From Epiperipatus broadwayi (Eukaryota > Animalia > Onychophora): DNA of 64,000 nt. Each line of letters starts with the position of its first letter. Within the stretch, counting starts at the first letter, position 1. The notes below the pieces were generated by a model that saw only the letters and a program-made list of their open reading frames with translations, had not been told where the DNA came from and made no database searches. A program made the translations under genes and the position numbers. The stretch lies in assembly GCA_028023455.1 (NCBI GenBank), contig JAQFVV010000004.1, positions 14,384,001 through 14,448,000 on the forward strand, read 5' to 3'. Positions 1 to 10,363 of the stretch are shown here, in pieces.

Positions 1-658
1 ATGGTTTTGCTGAGAGAGCTGATAAGAAGTGTGGCTTGTTGCACAAAATGAAGAGTCCCACTATATGAAATATGATTTTGACTTACAGCATAGAAAACAT
101 GAGGAAAGCTTCTAATGAATGAATAGCTTCTCAATAGCTTGGATAGCTTTATGAATCTTTGTCCTAGTTGAAATGCTTTCTAACTTGGATCATCTGAATT
201 GCTTGAATAGCTTGAATAAAAAAGTTTTGGGAAGCTTTTATACTCATCTCTTCTATTGTTCTCCATGCAAATGTTCTAGGCAGGTTTTTTTAAATTAAAA
301 CATTTCTATATTTATTTTAAAAATAAGCCAGGTTTCTAATTAATTATTTTTTTCATTTTATATTAATTACTTTTATTACATATCTTATCAAAGCAATCTT
401 AACTCATAATATTTTTTATTACAGCAGATTAAAATTGTTCTACAAACTTTTAAAATAATCTTTTATAAAAGATAAGGAATTTATAAAGTCTACTTTTTAA
501 AAAAAAAATATTGTTTGTGTTCTGATCTATCGGTGTCAGCTGCTTGATGGCATTGATGCTAAGCAAAAACACATTGGTATAACGTTACCGGGCCAGCCAT
601 TCTATACAATTATGATGTCCATAAAATTAAAATATATATATATAAATGTAAGCAAATG

Positions 659-1205
659 TTTTGGGACAGTAATTAATCAGAGATTGGCTTTTGTGTGTGT
701 GTGTGTCGATAAAAAAGTATGTTACTTTCCAATAGCAAATAATAGTACACTGGAGACTTTTTTGGACAGTAATTCCAACAAAATTTTACTATGAGAGACG
801 ACTTTGACCTTTTTGGGACAGTAATTAATTTGGACAGTAATTAATCAGAGACAGGGTACTTTTTAAATATAAAATTAAATTACATTTTACCCCCTTTTTT
901 GGACTGTAATTATTAAGACACCTTTTTTTTTTTGGGGGGGGAGTAAAAATTAAATTATATTGCACTCTTTTTGTGTGCATATATATATAAAATTACATTA
1001 CTTTTTTAATAACAAAAATAGTAAATATAGCAGAGACTTATTTGGACACTAATTAATCAGAGACGGGCTTGTTTTTTTTTTTTTACATATGGGAAAAGTT
1101 GCAGTAGTTTTTTAAGAAAAAATTTAATCACATTTTACCTTTTTTGGACAGTAATTAATCAGACACTGCATTTTGGGGTGGGGGGAAGTAAATTCCATTG
1201 CAATT
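659..1205. repeat. Degenerate repeat array: 7 copies of the core TTTGG(G)ACAGTAATTAATCAGAGAC with variable spacers
   Basis: Cores start near 660, 761, 811, 830, 898, 1041 and 1142. Spacers are partly homologous (850-900 resembles 1100-1145; 915-960 resembles 1162-1205). Confidence 0.85.
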
Positions 1206-1868
1206 TACCAAATAAAGTTATTAATAATTATAACGAACAATTATAATGAAATCCGACTCTGGTGTCTGGCAATTGGCAGTTTTGAGAGTTGGAAGCAGCC
1301 ATCTTCGCTATCTCGGATGATTTCTCACGGTACATTACTTTCATCATGATTTTCAAAATAGTGCTATGCCTCACCCTAAAATCCAATTTGTAATGCTAAC
1401 ACAGTCCTGATGGAACAGTGACAACATTGTTAAAAGTGTTAGAAGGTACTGTAGATCAGTTCACATGAAACAAAAAAAGGTTGACCTGAAAAGTTAAATT
1501 ATTTAGACAAGATGCAGTCAACACACTGTCACATGATACTGTAGTGAAAATATACAACTCAGCATTAGGATAAAGTCTGTAACACAACCAAATATGGCAG
1601 CTAATGAAGGCATTTTTCTGTGCTTTTAGCATAGAAAAAAGCCACAGCAGTATCTGGCAGCTGAGTAAACTGACTCTTTCTGGGTTTTATCATAGAATGT
1701 AGGCTATCTGCTTGGCTTTGGCCATGGAAATGGCATATTTCTAGCAATTTAGCTAGAAATAGCACCGTCAAGTGGCTGACATGATAGATCAGAATACAAC
1801 CAAAATATTTACATTAAGCAAAATAATTTTTCCAATTCATGTGTGTGTGCATATACAGCACACATTAA

Positions 1869-2395
1869 TAACTGAAACACAGGCTTATTATATTCCTGTG
1901 TCTATATATGTAATATATAGGGTATATGAGCACAGACTTTCATACGACCCACCACTCTCCACTCTATCTCATAACACTGATACCCTTGAACACATATATT
2001 CCCTTGTATATGTATTAAATGGATTATGTTCTGTACATGAGGGGTCAAACTGTCCTTAGGTCAACATGGGTGTGACAAGAATCTCAGCCTCAGGGTGGCC
2101 CTTGAGCATTCCATCATCAGACTTTCAATTGGATGAATGGTTGAAGAGTTGGAATGTGGATTAGATTGAAGCCTGTCCATTAAAATATGAAGATTGGCTA
2201 TCTTAATATATATCCGAGCACTTATAGCATATATGTGTAGAGATGGTAATCTGGACCAACTGATTATCATGAAATATGTATATTGGTGATTATTTATCTT
2301 TTCAACATATATGTGTTCAAGAGTATCAGTGTTATGAGATAGAGTAGAGAGTGGTGGGTTATGTGAAAGTCTGTGCTCATATACCCTATATATAA
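1869..2395. mobile_element. Short Penelope-like element (family P1) with inverted arms and one-sided tail
   Basis: 1913-2005 is the reverse complement of 2307-2393. The 10-bp direct repeat CACACATTAA flanks it (1859-1868 and 2396-2405). It is homologous to 30334-30948 and 31575-31878. Confidence 0.8.
2254..2288 (+). ncRNA. Defective hammerhead ribozyme remnant (stem II deleted)
   Basis: GACCAA-CTGATTATCAT-GAAA-TATGTATA-TTGGTG aligns to the fuller cores at 30481-30526 and 31729-31774. Confidence 0.55.
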
Positions 2396-4829
2396 CACAC
2401 ATTAAATAAAACTTAAATAGGCAAAAAAATTTAACTAACTTATAAACAGAAATTTTAGCTGAAATCCCTCTCTTACATATATTATAACATGATAAAAGTG
2501 ATTATACTGTGAAAATGATCAAGATAATCTGGATAAAACCTGGCCCAATCATTGTCACCATTTTATAATAGAATACTGATTATAATGTAAATCTAGTCTA
2601 AATGTGGAATGACATTTTATAAAAGCACCAAAGTTGATTTGGTATTTTGTAATAATTGCCACCTGTACATAATTATCATAGGCTAGCATTGGGTAGTGAC
2701 TTTGTCGCGATAATAATGGATTTTCTATCTCACTACCTCTCTACATTTGTTTACTTAACATCTGTCTTAAAACAAAGGAAATTGACCTATAGATTTTTTA
2801 GACAACCACTTATTACTGACAATATATGGAAATAAAAGATCATGATGAAATGTTTTTAAGATCTATATTATTTATCACATAGCAAAACATGCATTAACAA
2901 ATAGTAATTCTGTTAGAACCTGGATAAAATTATCTTGCTCAGTTATTGATCACACTAGGCAATAACAATATTTCCCATACACTATTATTTAGTTTGTCTA
3001 CTATACTATCATAAAATATTAACCATCTCTATTAAAATCTAATTTATTCACATTGTATTTAAAATGAAATAAAGCAAACAAGATCATCACTTCAGACATC
3101 ATCAAATCTGTTCATTATTCCAAAGTAAGCTGCAATAAGCAGTGAAATCATATATTGTTGCCCTAAACAATAATGTTTGCTTAAAGTATTTATATGATTA
3201 ATAATTGAATAGAACTAAATTTGAATCAATAAACATCTAAAATCTGACATACTTTACTAATCTAATATTATTTATAGTAATGCAAAATTTAGTTTAATAT
3301 TTAATGACATTCTATTTAAATAAACTAGTTTCTAAATAATTATAATTACATTTTGATAACATTTTTTAAACTACACAATATTTATAATGTTTAAATAAAA
3401 TAAACCCTTACTCGGTTTTAAATCTATTTTAATAAAATGTTAAATATAATATCAGTATTTCATTCATACTTTACATTAGATCGATATGCAATTATCGCTT
3501 ACGTTATGATCTAAAATGAAACACTCCGCATGAATTTATTATCAATAAATCTATTAAATAATTTCATATTTTACAGTACCCAATCGCATTATATATAAAT
3601 TATCCCATAGGTTTCTATTGGATACCTACTGACTTGCAATCACTGATATTGTTCATCTACTCAAATCTCTAATCAATCAATTATAAAAATGAATTTTATA
3701 ACAATTAAACTATATGTGAGGATAATTGGCAATTATCCAAGCCAAAAATAACATTAAATTATACTACGAAATGTATGATCTCCACTTCTAAGAAGTTTAA
3801 AAGTAATTAAGACTGATCATTTTGACTAATGATAGAATAAAATCTAGTAAGAATTCTGTAACTTGGATGAGATAAGCAAATAAATAATCAACTCTGAACT
3901 AATGAAATTATTTCTACCAGTAATATTGACTTAGATAAGTAAACAAATATTTAAATGCAGTAACAAATATAAAATTTATATCTAATCAGATTTAATAATG
4001 ATGTATAAAAATATACATATATCTAATTCTATTTCATTTACCGAAATGGATTTGATATTGGATCAAATTTTAAGTACCAAAATTACTTTACACATGAAAA
4101 AAAATAAGTAGACATATTCATCGGATTTTAAATCAACTCTAAATTTTTTGATTTATAATAAAAATTTATAATGATAATAATAATAAAAAAAAGTATAACA
4201 GAACAAACAAACAATGTTTGCTAGAGATTAAAATTTTAACCAGTTTTTAAAAAAATACAATCCTAGGTTTTTTTAATATATAAATAATTGACAGTCTGTT
4301 ACTGTATAGAATCAATAAAAATAATAAATTATGTATATGAAACTTTAAAAATGTGTTATGTGACAACAGTACTATATAAAACTGAAGGAGAGATTTTAAA
4401 TATCTTCCCGAGACTTTGAAGAGAATATACAATGATAAAAAAAAATTGTAATTAAATAAAAATTGATCTCTATTTATTCATTAATGTAATTTCTAAATAA
4501 TTATGGTAACATAAAAAACTATATTATTTAAACCCTTTCTCTATATGAATATCCTGAGTTAAATCTGGCATATGTATTAAAATTTTAAACATGTGAAAAC
4601 ATCAGTCGTATTAACCTGTTTCATCAGTAAGAGTTTAAATAATGAAAACAAAAATAAATCTCTTTAACCTTTTATTGTGTGAATTCTATAATAACTCATA
4701 TATATATCATTTATCTAGATTTATTAAAATGAAATATAAACAAACATAAACCTTCCTTTATACATAAAAATCATACCATCTAAGTGAAAGTCTGTCAATT
4801 TTCACACAAAAGTCCATCAAGCTTCTTGC

Positions 4830-5215
4830 TCCTGGTTTCTGGTCCTGATGCATAGAGTTGATTTTTCTTTAAATAGAGAAGACGAGCATGAATGATAATT
4901 CTCACAAATTTGAATCAAATTACTTTCACTTTTAAATTCCGATATTTTCTCTTAAGCATATAAATGTATCCAAGTTTTTAAAACAATAGGTACTTATTCT
5001 ATGCAAAATCACATATCACTGGCTTTATTTTTTGTTTTTTATTGGTAATCATGTATAAAGAGATTTTTTTGTTGACAAAAATGCAGCCATATCCAAATGA
5101 ATAATAAATGCTAACTTTTTATTTCCACATTAAGAAAGTGAAATTTAGATTGCTTGATATTACACATGAGTTAAGTTGATAGATCTTGTGAAATCCATTG
5201 ATGTAAAATATGGCA
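4830..5215 (-). pseudogene. Probable piggyBac-like transposase remnant (third catalytic Asp region)
   Basis: Minus-strand translation gives NGFHKIYQLNSC, a few substitutions from GGVDKxDQL. After a frameshift it gives W..KKLAFIIHLDMAAF, resembling piggyBac KW(Y)KKLFFHLLDMA. Many stops. Confidence 0.45.
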
Positions 5216-6007
5216 TAACATATACATGCAATTGAGGTTTGCATTCATCTCAAATAAATAGATGAAATTCTAGATTTTTGACAGAATATTTTTTTATAGC
5301 CGGCTTGTACATTTTGATGGTTTTTGTTTTGTTGTTTTACATTTTGCTGTATTCCCAGGAATTTCATCAATGAACCGGTCCCAATTAAATGGTGCAATAA
5401 TTAAAATTTTTATTCTTCTATACTTTTAGAAATTAACCACTTAAACAATAAAATTTGATAAATTTTTAAAGACAGATATAAACATATCTATTTTAGGCAA
5501 TAACAAAATTACAAGAACTCTAGTTACAGTGTCTCCATTCTATTTATAACATACTCTTGATGGTGCTACTGTTGTCATGATGACTGTTGAAAATTGCTCA
5601 AATTTCATTTGATGATGTAAAAATTGTTCAAGAAAATTTGCCTCCAATTAACTATTGAAATGGAGATTTTAAAATAATTGGATACAGTGAAAATAAAATC
5701 CTGTTTTGCAAGTTCAATATTATTTTTCATTTTAAATCAAAATAAAAAATTTGTATCACAATTTTAATACATTTTAATGAATATAAATGTTTTTATATAT
5801 GTTTTTAATAATAATTTTCCCATAACTAATTTATAGACAAACATATATGAAACATAAAACATTTAATTTTATAATATGTATTGCTATGATAATTGTACTA
5901 ACAGAAATTGAAATGTGTAATACTTAATAATAATATTGATTTTACTCAGGTGATCCTTTTTTTATTTACTTAAATATTTCCAAAATCTATTTATTTATTA
6001 TATATAT

Positions 6008-7475
6008 TATAACAAAACCCGCATTTACCTCTCACTAGACACGTATGTACTATCAAATATGTATGAGGCATATTAATATTTAATTAATTAATTTGACCAA
6101 AAAATATTATTATTTAAACTTGTGGTCATTCTCGCAACTGTGATATATCCCCAATGCATATTCATGGTCATCCAAGGACACCAAGCACCAAACTTATACG
6201 GATATAAGATTTACACAAAGTAGATATATCACCAACAAGAATACTATTTACGGAATGTGAGAGACGTTCTGACCACCAGCTAGCTCAGTCTCATGGTCGG
6301 GTGACATCATACAGTTCACTTTTATTTTAAGTCTAAAAATATCTAAACAATCCTAAACCAAATAAAATGATTTTATAAACAATCAAACTGAGTCAGTACT
6401 TTACTTTCTTGATATATGTTTATTGAATAAAAAAAATAATAATAATATTTAGCACTCTGTCATTTTTGCCTTTTTTTAGCGCAATCATACGTGATTCTCT
6501 CATAAATCTCACAACATATCTTAAGTAGCGAAAATCAATACTACGAAAGTTTGTATCATGTGACTTTTAACCCTCATTGCTTTCATATGTCCATAATGGA
6601 GTGACACTTTAAAGAATTATCATAAAGTTATTTCACAAGTCACCTTTCACTGATTATAAAAACACAAAAATTTCTTTTTTATAAAGAAGATTTTTAACAG
6701 ATTAATAATAAGAGTTCTTTACCTGCTTTCCCGGGAAGTAGCAGAAGCAATTTTTATTTATTTTATTTATTGTTCTATAGTTCCGTTCCTCGGGTAATTA
6801 GGCCATTCAAGGTAGCGATCTTAGATTTTTCTATGTCCGTTGGCTGATGAGGTTTATTTGATTCCACGCTGGAATTATGTGTTATTCGAGGTATCCTGGT
6901 TTTATGGAAGCAGCTGCAGTAAGTTGGGATCAGGGGCTTGAATCCGATGTGGCTTTTCTTACCCCGACATGTCTGTTGAACCACTATTATATAGATTTAA
7001 ATATTTACTCGTTGAATTGTTTACTATTATAGCTCTGCTGGAAAAAGATCCTATGCATTGTGGGTGGCTCGCTTTTATAGCCCCCTCCATTGTTTCTAGA
7101 AGCTTCTTTTTACCTCACTTCCAATCTTCAAGGTGGAATAACCAGATCCGTAGAAGTTTAATAACTTGTGTCATCATTTCTGTTTTAAATAACAGACCAA
7201 TAAAATCCCATTCTGACGGAAAACTCTTGTTTTTCAACATGAAACAAAAAAAAATCTCGTTTCTCTCTTTCCACTACTTAATTATATATAAACATGCATT
7301 TATCACACACACATATATATCATTAAAAATGACAGTCCCTTCCCCCCATGTTTATATATTTATAACCACCACCACGTAATAACAGAATTAAATATTAGAT
7401 ATATCTTTACATATATATATATGGCTACCAATTAAATACTTTATTTGTGACTGGGTTCAAACCCATTCTGTCACA
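6008..7475 (-). repeat. 3' LTR (1,468 bp)
   Basis: Aligns end to end with 8898-10363 and is preceded in element sense by the PPT. Confidence 0.95.
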
Positions 7476-7478
7476 ATA

Positions 7479-7489
7479 CCTCTTCCTCC
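7479..7489 (-). other. Polypurine tract
   Basis: Minus strand reads GGAGGAAGAGG, then TAT, then the TGTGACA start of the 3' LTR. Confidence 0.8.
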
Positions 7490-7550
7490 AAAAGCCTTCA
7501 AATACATTTGCATATTTTGAACAGCTCCTTTTGTACAACACTTATGTATT

Positions 7551-8297
7551 TCACCCAATATGCCCCTCTGCTTCTTTTACTGGTCCGAACTTTGGCTTCT
7601 CCAGTGGTCTCTTCTCTTCAGGTGTTGCTCTCCATTTTGGAAAGGTATCCACTTCCATTCTCTGCCCTCTTTCATTCTCTTTGACTGCTTCATGATGCCT
7701 GCCATAGTCATATGAATTCATGTCAATGGCATTGAGCAGCTCCGCAATCTCTCCAAGTGATGCTTTCCCTGCCCCCAAAATCATCTGTTCCACTCTCATG
7801 GGAATACTGTGTCTTATGATATGCAGTATATGACTTTCTGTCATGTTGCATGCATCCAATGTCCGCAGTCTATCCACCTGTTTATGAAAGAATTGAGAGT
7901 AGCTATCATTGTACCCTTCCTTAAACTTTTCATGCATAATTTGATAGTGCGTTAACTCCTGCCTATCCTTGGACCAAAAGGCATCTCTCATTTCCTTTTT
8001 ATATTCTTCCAAAGTAGCCGGATGTTGACCAAGAACTTCCCACCATGACTGGGCATTGTCTGTAAGGTTGCCGCATGCGATAACTATCTTTCTTTCTTCC
8101 GACATGGGATTTATATTGAAATATTTTTCTAAACTACGTAGGTGCTCGACTGGTGCTTCCCCCATTCTTTCTGCAAATGGATGAACTTTTATGAATTGGT
8201 TCATACTCCCTTGCACCATCGTGTGACTTATTGCTGTTGCCGGCTTTCCCGAGGGGTTTGCTTGAGCGCCTTTCTTCTGTTCATCTCCACTCTCCAT
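7551..8297 (-). CDS. gag: Retrotransposon Gag capsid region (Ty3/gypsy-like), 248 aa open
   Basis: Contains P.EHLRSLEKYF...KIVIACGNLTDNAQSWW...LEEYKKEMRDAFWS...YSQFFHKQVDRLR, typical of the Retrotrans_gag capsid pattern. Lies inside the LTR pair. No CCHC knuckle, protease, RT or integrase motifs follow. Confidence 0.88.
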   Translation of the reverse strand: MESGDEQKKGAQANPSGKPATAISHTMVQGSMNQFIKVHPFAERMGEAPVEHLRSLEKYFNINPMSEERKIVIACGNLTDNAQSWWEVLGQHPATLEEYKKEMRDAFWSKDRQELTHYQIMHEKFKEGYNDSYSQFFHKQVDRLRTLDACNMTESHILHIIRHSIPMRVEQMILGAGKASLGEIAELLNAIDMNSYDYGRHHEAVKENERGQRMEVDTFPKWRATPEEKRPLEKPKFGPVKEAEGHIG

Positions 8298-8500
8298 ATC
8301 TGTCTTTTCTCCATCCTGTTCCCCAAAATCATTCTAATCTTTAATTCCCACTTTCTGTTCTAATCTGTCCATTCTCTTTTCTATCTTTCCAACTCTCAAT
8401 TCTAGACTTTCGAGTTTTTTTTAAAATTCGCTCCAACATATTTTCCTGTTCCTCTTTTTCCATATTCTCTTGCGCTCTTTTTTTCATAAATTTATCCTTT
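8298..8500 (-). pseudogene. gag: Disrupted N-terminal coiled-coil of gag
   Basis: MLERILKK, then a frameshift in an A8 run (plus-strand T8 at 8415-8422), then KLESLELRVGKIEKRMDRLEQKVGIKD, an in-frame TAG (8334-8336), and NDFGEQDGEKTD running in frame into the 8297 ATG. Confidence 0.75.
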
Positions 8501-8872
8501 TTTATTTTACCTTTGATTAATGCTTTGGACCCACTCCCCCATCCCAGCATCCTACACTGCCTTCCTGTTATCCACTTTACCTCTCGAAACCTCATCGGAC
8601 TAGACAAAGAAATTAAATTTAATAGTTTACATATGTTTGATCTACTGCGCAGCTACGAAATGACAAGATTGGCTAATTCTTACTAGATATATATTTAACA
8701 AATTAACGCCCTTTGATTTATTTAATGCTTCATTTGAATTATATATCCAAACAACTCTTTTCTTCCATAAAATATAAAACCTTTTGCTTTTCTCGCAATA
8801 CTATAAACAAATATCACTTGTTAACGTATTTCTAATATCTCATAACTCTCCCCATTCCCTCTACTTCTCTTC

Positions 8873-8896
8873 GAAAGCCCTTTAGTTGGGACGTCA
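8873..8896 (-). other. Diverged primer-binding site, most similar to tRNA-Lys(CTT)
   Basis: Minus strand TGACGTCCCAACTAAAGGGCTTTC, 1 nt after the 5' LTR, compared with the tRNA-Lys complement TGGCGCCCAACGTGGGGCTC. Confidence 0.55.
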
Positions 8897-8897
8897 T

Positions 8898-10363
8898 TAT
8901 AACAAAACCCGTCTCACTAGACACGTATGTACTATCAAATATGTATGAGGCATATTAATATTTAATTAATTAATTCGACCAAATGAATATTATTATTTTA
9001 ACTTGTGGTCATTCTCGTAACTGTGATATATCCCCAACACGTATTTATGGTCGTCCAAGGACACCAAGCGCCAAACTTATATGGATATAAGTATTACACG
9101 AAGTAGATATATCACCAACAAGAATACTATTTACGGAATGTGAGAGAGGTTCTGACCACCAGCTAGCTCAGTCTCATGGTCGGGTGACGTCATAGCCATG
9201 AGTAGCTATGAATGGGTAAAGAGTTCACTTTTATTTCTATTTTTAAGTCTAAAAATATCTAAACAATCCTAAACCAAATAAAATGATTTTATAAACAATC
9301 AAACTGAGTCAGTACTTTACTTTCTTGATATATGTTTATTGAATAAAAAAAATAATAATAATATTCAGCACTCTGTCATTTTTGCCTTTTTTTAGCGCAA
9401 TCATACGTGATTCTCTCATAAATCTCACAACATATCTTAAGTAGCGAAAATCAATACTACGAAAGTTTGTATCATGTGACTTTTAACCCTCATTGCTTTC
9501 ATATGTCCATAATGGAGCGACACTTTAAAGAATTATCATAAAGTTATTTCACAAGTCACCTTTCACTGATTATAAAAACACAAAAATTTCTTCCTGATTT
9601 TTAACAGATTAATAATAAGAGTTCTTTACCTGCTTTCCCAGGAAGTAGCAGAAGCAAATAGTTCCGTTCCTCAGGTAATTAGGCCATTCAAAGTAGCGAT
9701 CTTAGATTTTTCTATGTCCGTTGGCTGATGAGGTTTATTTGATTCCATGCTGGAATTATGTGTTATTCGAGGTATCCTGGTTTTATGGAAGCAGCTGCAG
9801 TAAGTTGGGATCAGGGGCTTGAATCTGATGCAGCTTTTCTTACCCCGACATGTCTGTTGAAACCACCATTATATAGTTTTAAATATTCACTCGTTGAGTT
9901 GTTTACTATTGTAGCTCTGCCGGAAAAAGATCCTATGCATTGTGGGTGGCTCACTTTTATAGCCCCCTCCATTGTTTCTAGAAGCTTCTTTTTACCTCAC
10001 TTCCAATCTTCAAGGTGGAATAACCAGATCCGTAGAAGTGTGATAACTCATGTCGTCATTTCTGTTTTAAATAATAGAACAATAAAATCCCATTCTTCCG
10101 GAAAACTCTAGTTTTTCAACATGAAACACAAAAAAAAATCTCGTTTCTCTCTTTCCACTACTTAATTTATTTATACATGCATTTATCACACACACATATA
10201 TATCATTAAATATGACAGAGTCCCTTCCCCCCCCCATGTTTATGTATTTATAACCACTACCACGTAATAACAAAATTAAATATTAGATATATCTTTACAT
10301 ATATATATATATGACTACCAATTAAATACTTTATTTGTGACTGGGTTCGAACCCATTGTCACA
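8898..10363 (-). repeat. 5' LTR (1,466 bp)
   Basis: Homologous to 6008-7475. Manual count: 13 substitutions and 1 indel over 300 bp (6781-7080 vs 9662-9962), about 4%. Confidence 0.95.

Larger units (their letters stand above)
6008..10363 (-). mobile_element. Non-autonomous Ty3/gypsy-type LTR retrotransposon, gag only
   Basis: Two ~1.47-kb direct repeats. Element-sense LTR ends are TGTGACA...TGTTATA. TSD ATAT at 6004-6007 and 10364-10367. PBS-like and PPT sites are correctly placed. The 1,422-bp interior holds only gag. Confidence 0.95.

Noticed and set aside
659-1205. CRISPR array
   Set aside because: The context is eukaryotic, spacer lengths are very uneven, spacers are homologous to each other, and there are no cas genes.
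1772-2402. ORFs 1772-2059 and 2061-2402 (and 30325-30558) as a protein family
   Set aside because: The shared peptide (YRVYEHRL..DPPLSTLSHNTDTLEHIY) is only the translation of the P1 inverted arm, with inconsistent starts and ends.
3380-4250. Mitochondrial insertion (NUMT)
   Set aside because: No mitochondrial protein, rRNA or tRNA motif was recognised in any frame.
6844-6900. Hammerhead at CTGATGAGG in the LTR
   Set aside because: No stem II followed by GAAA.
6775-7379. ORFs 6775-6984 and 6969-7379 (and 9758-10111, 10067-10273) as genes
   Set aside because: They lie within the LTRs, and their frames are not conserved between the two LTR copies.
7447-8363. Plus-strand ORFs 7447-7695 and 8142-8363
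   Set aside because: They are antisense shadows of gag.
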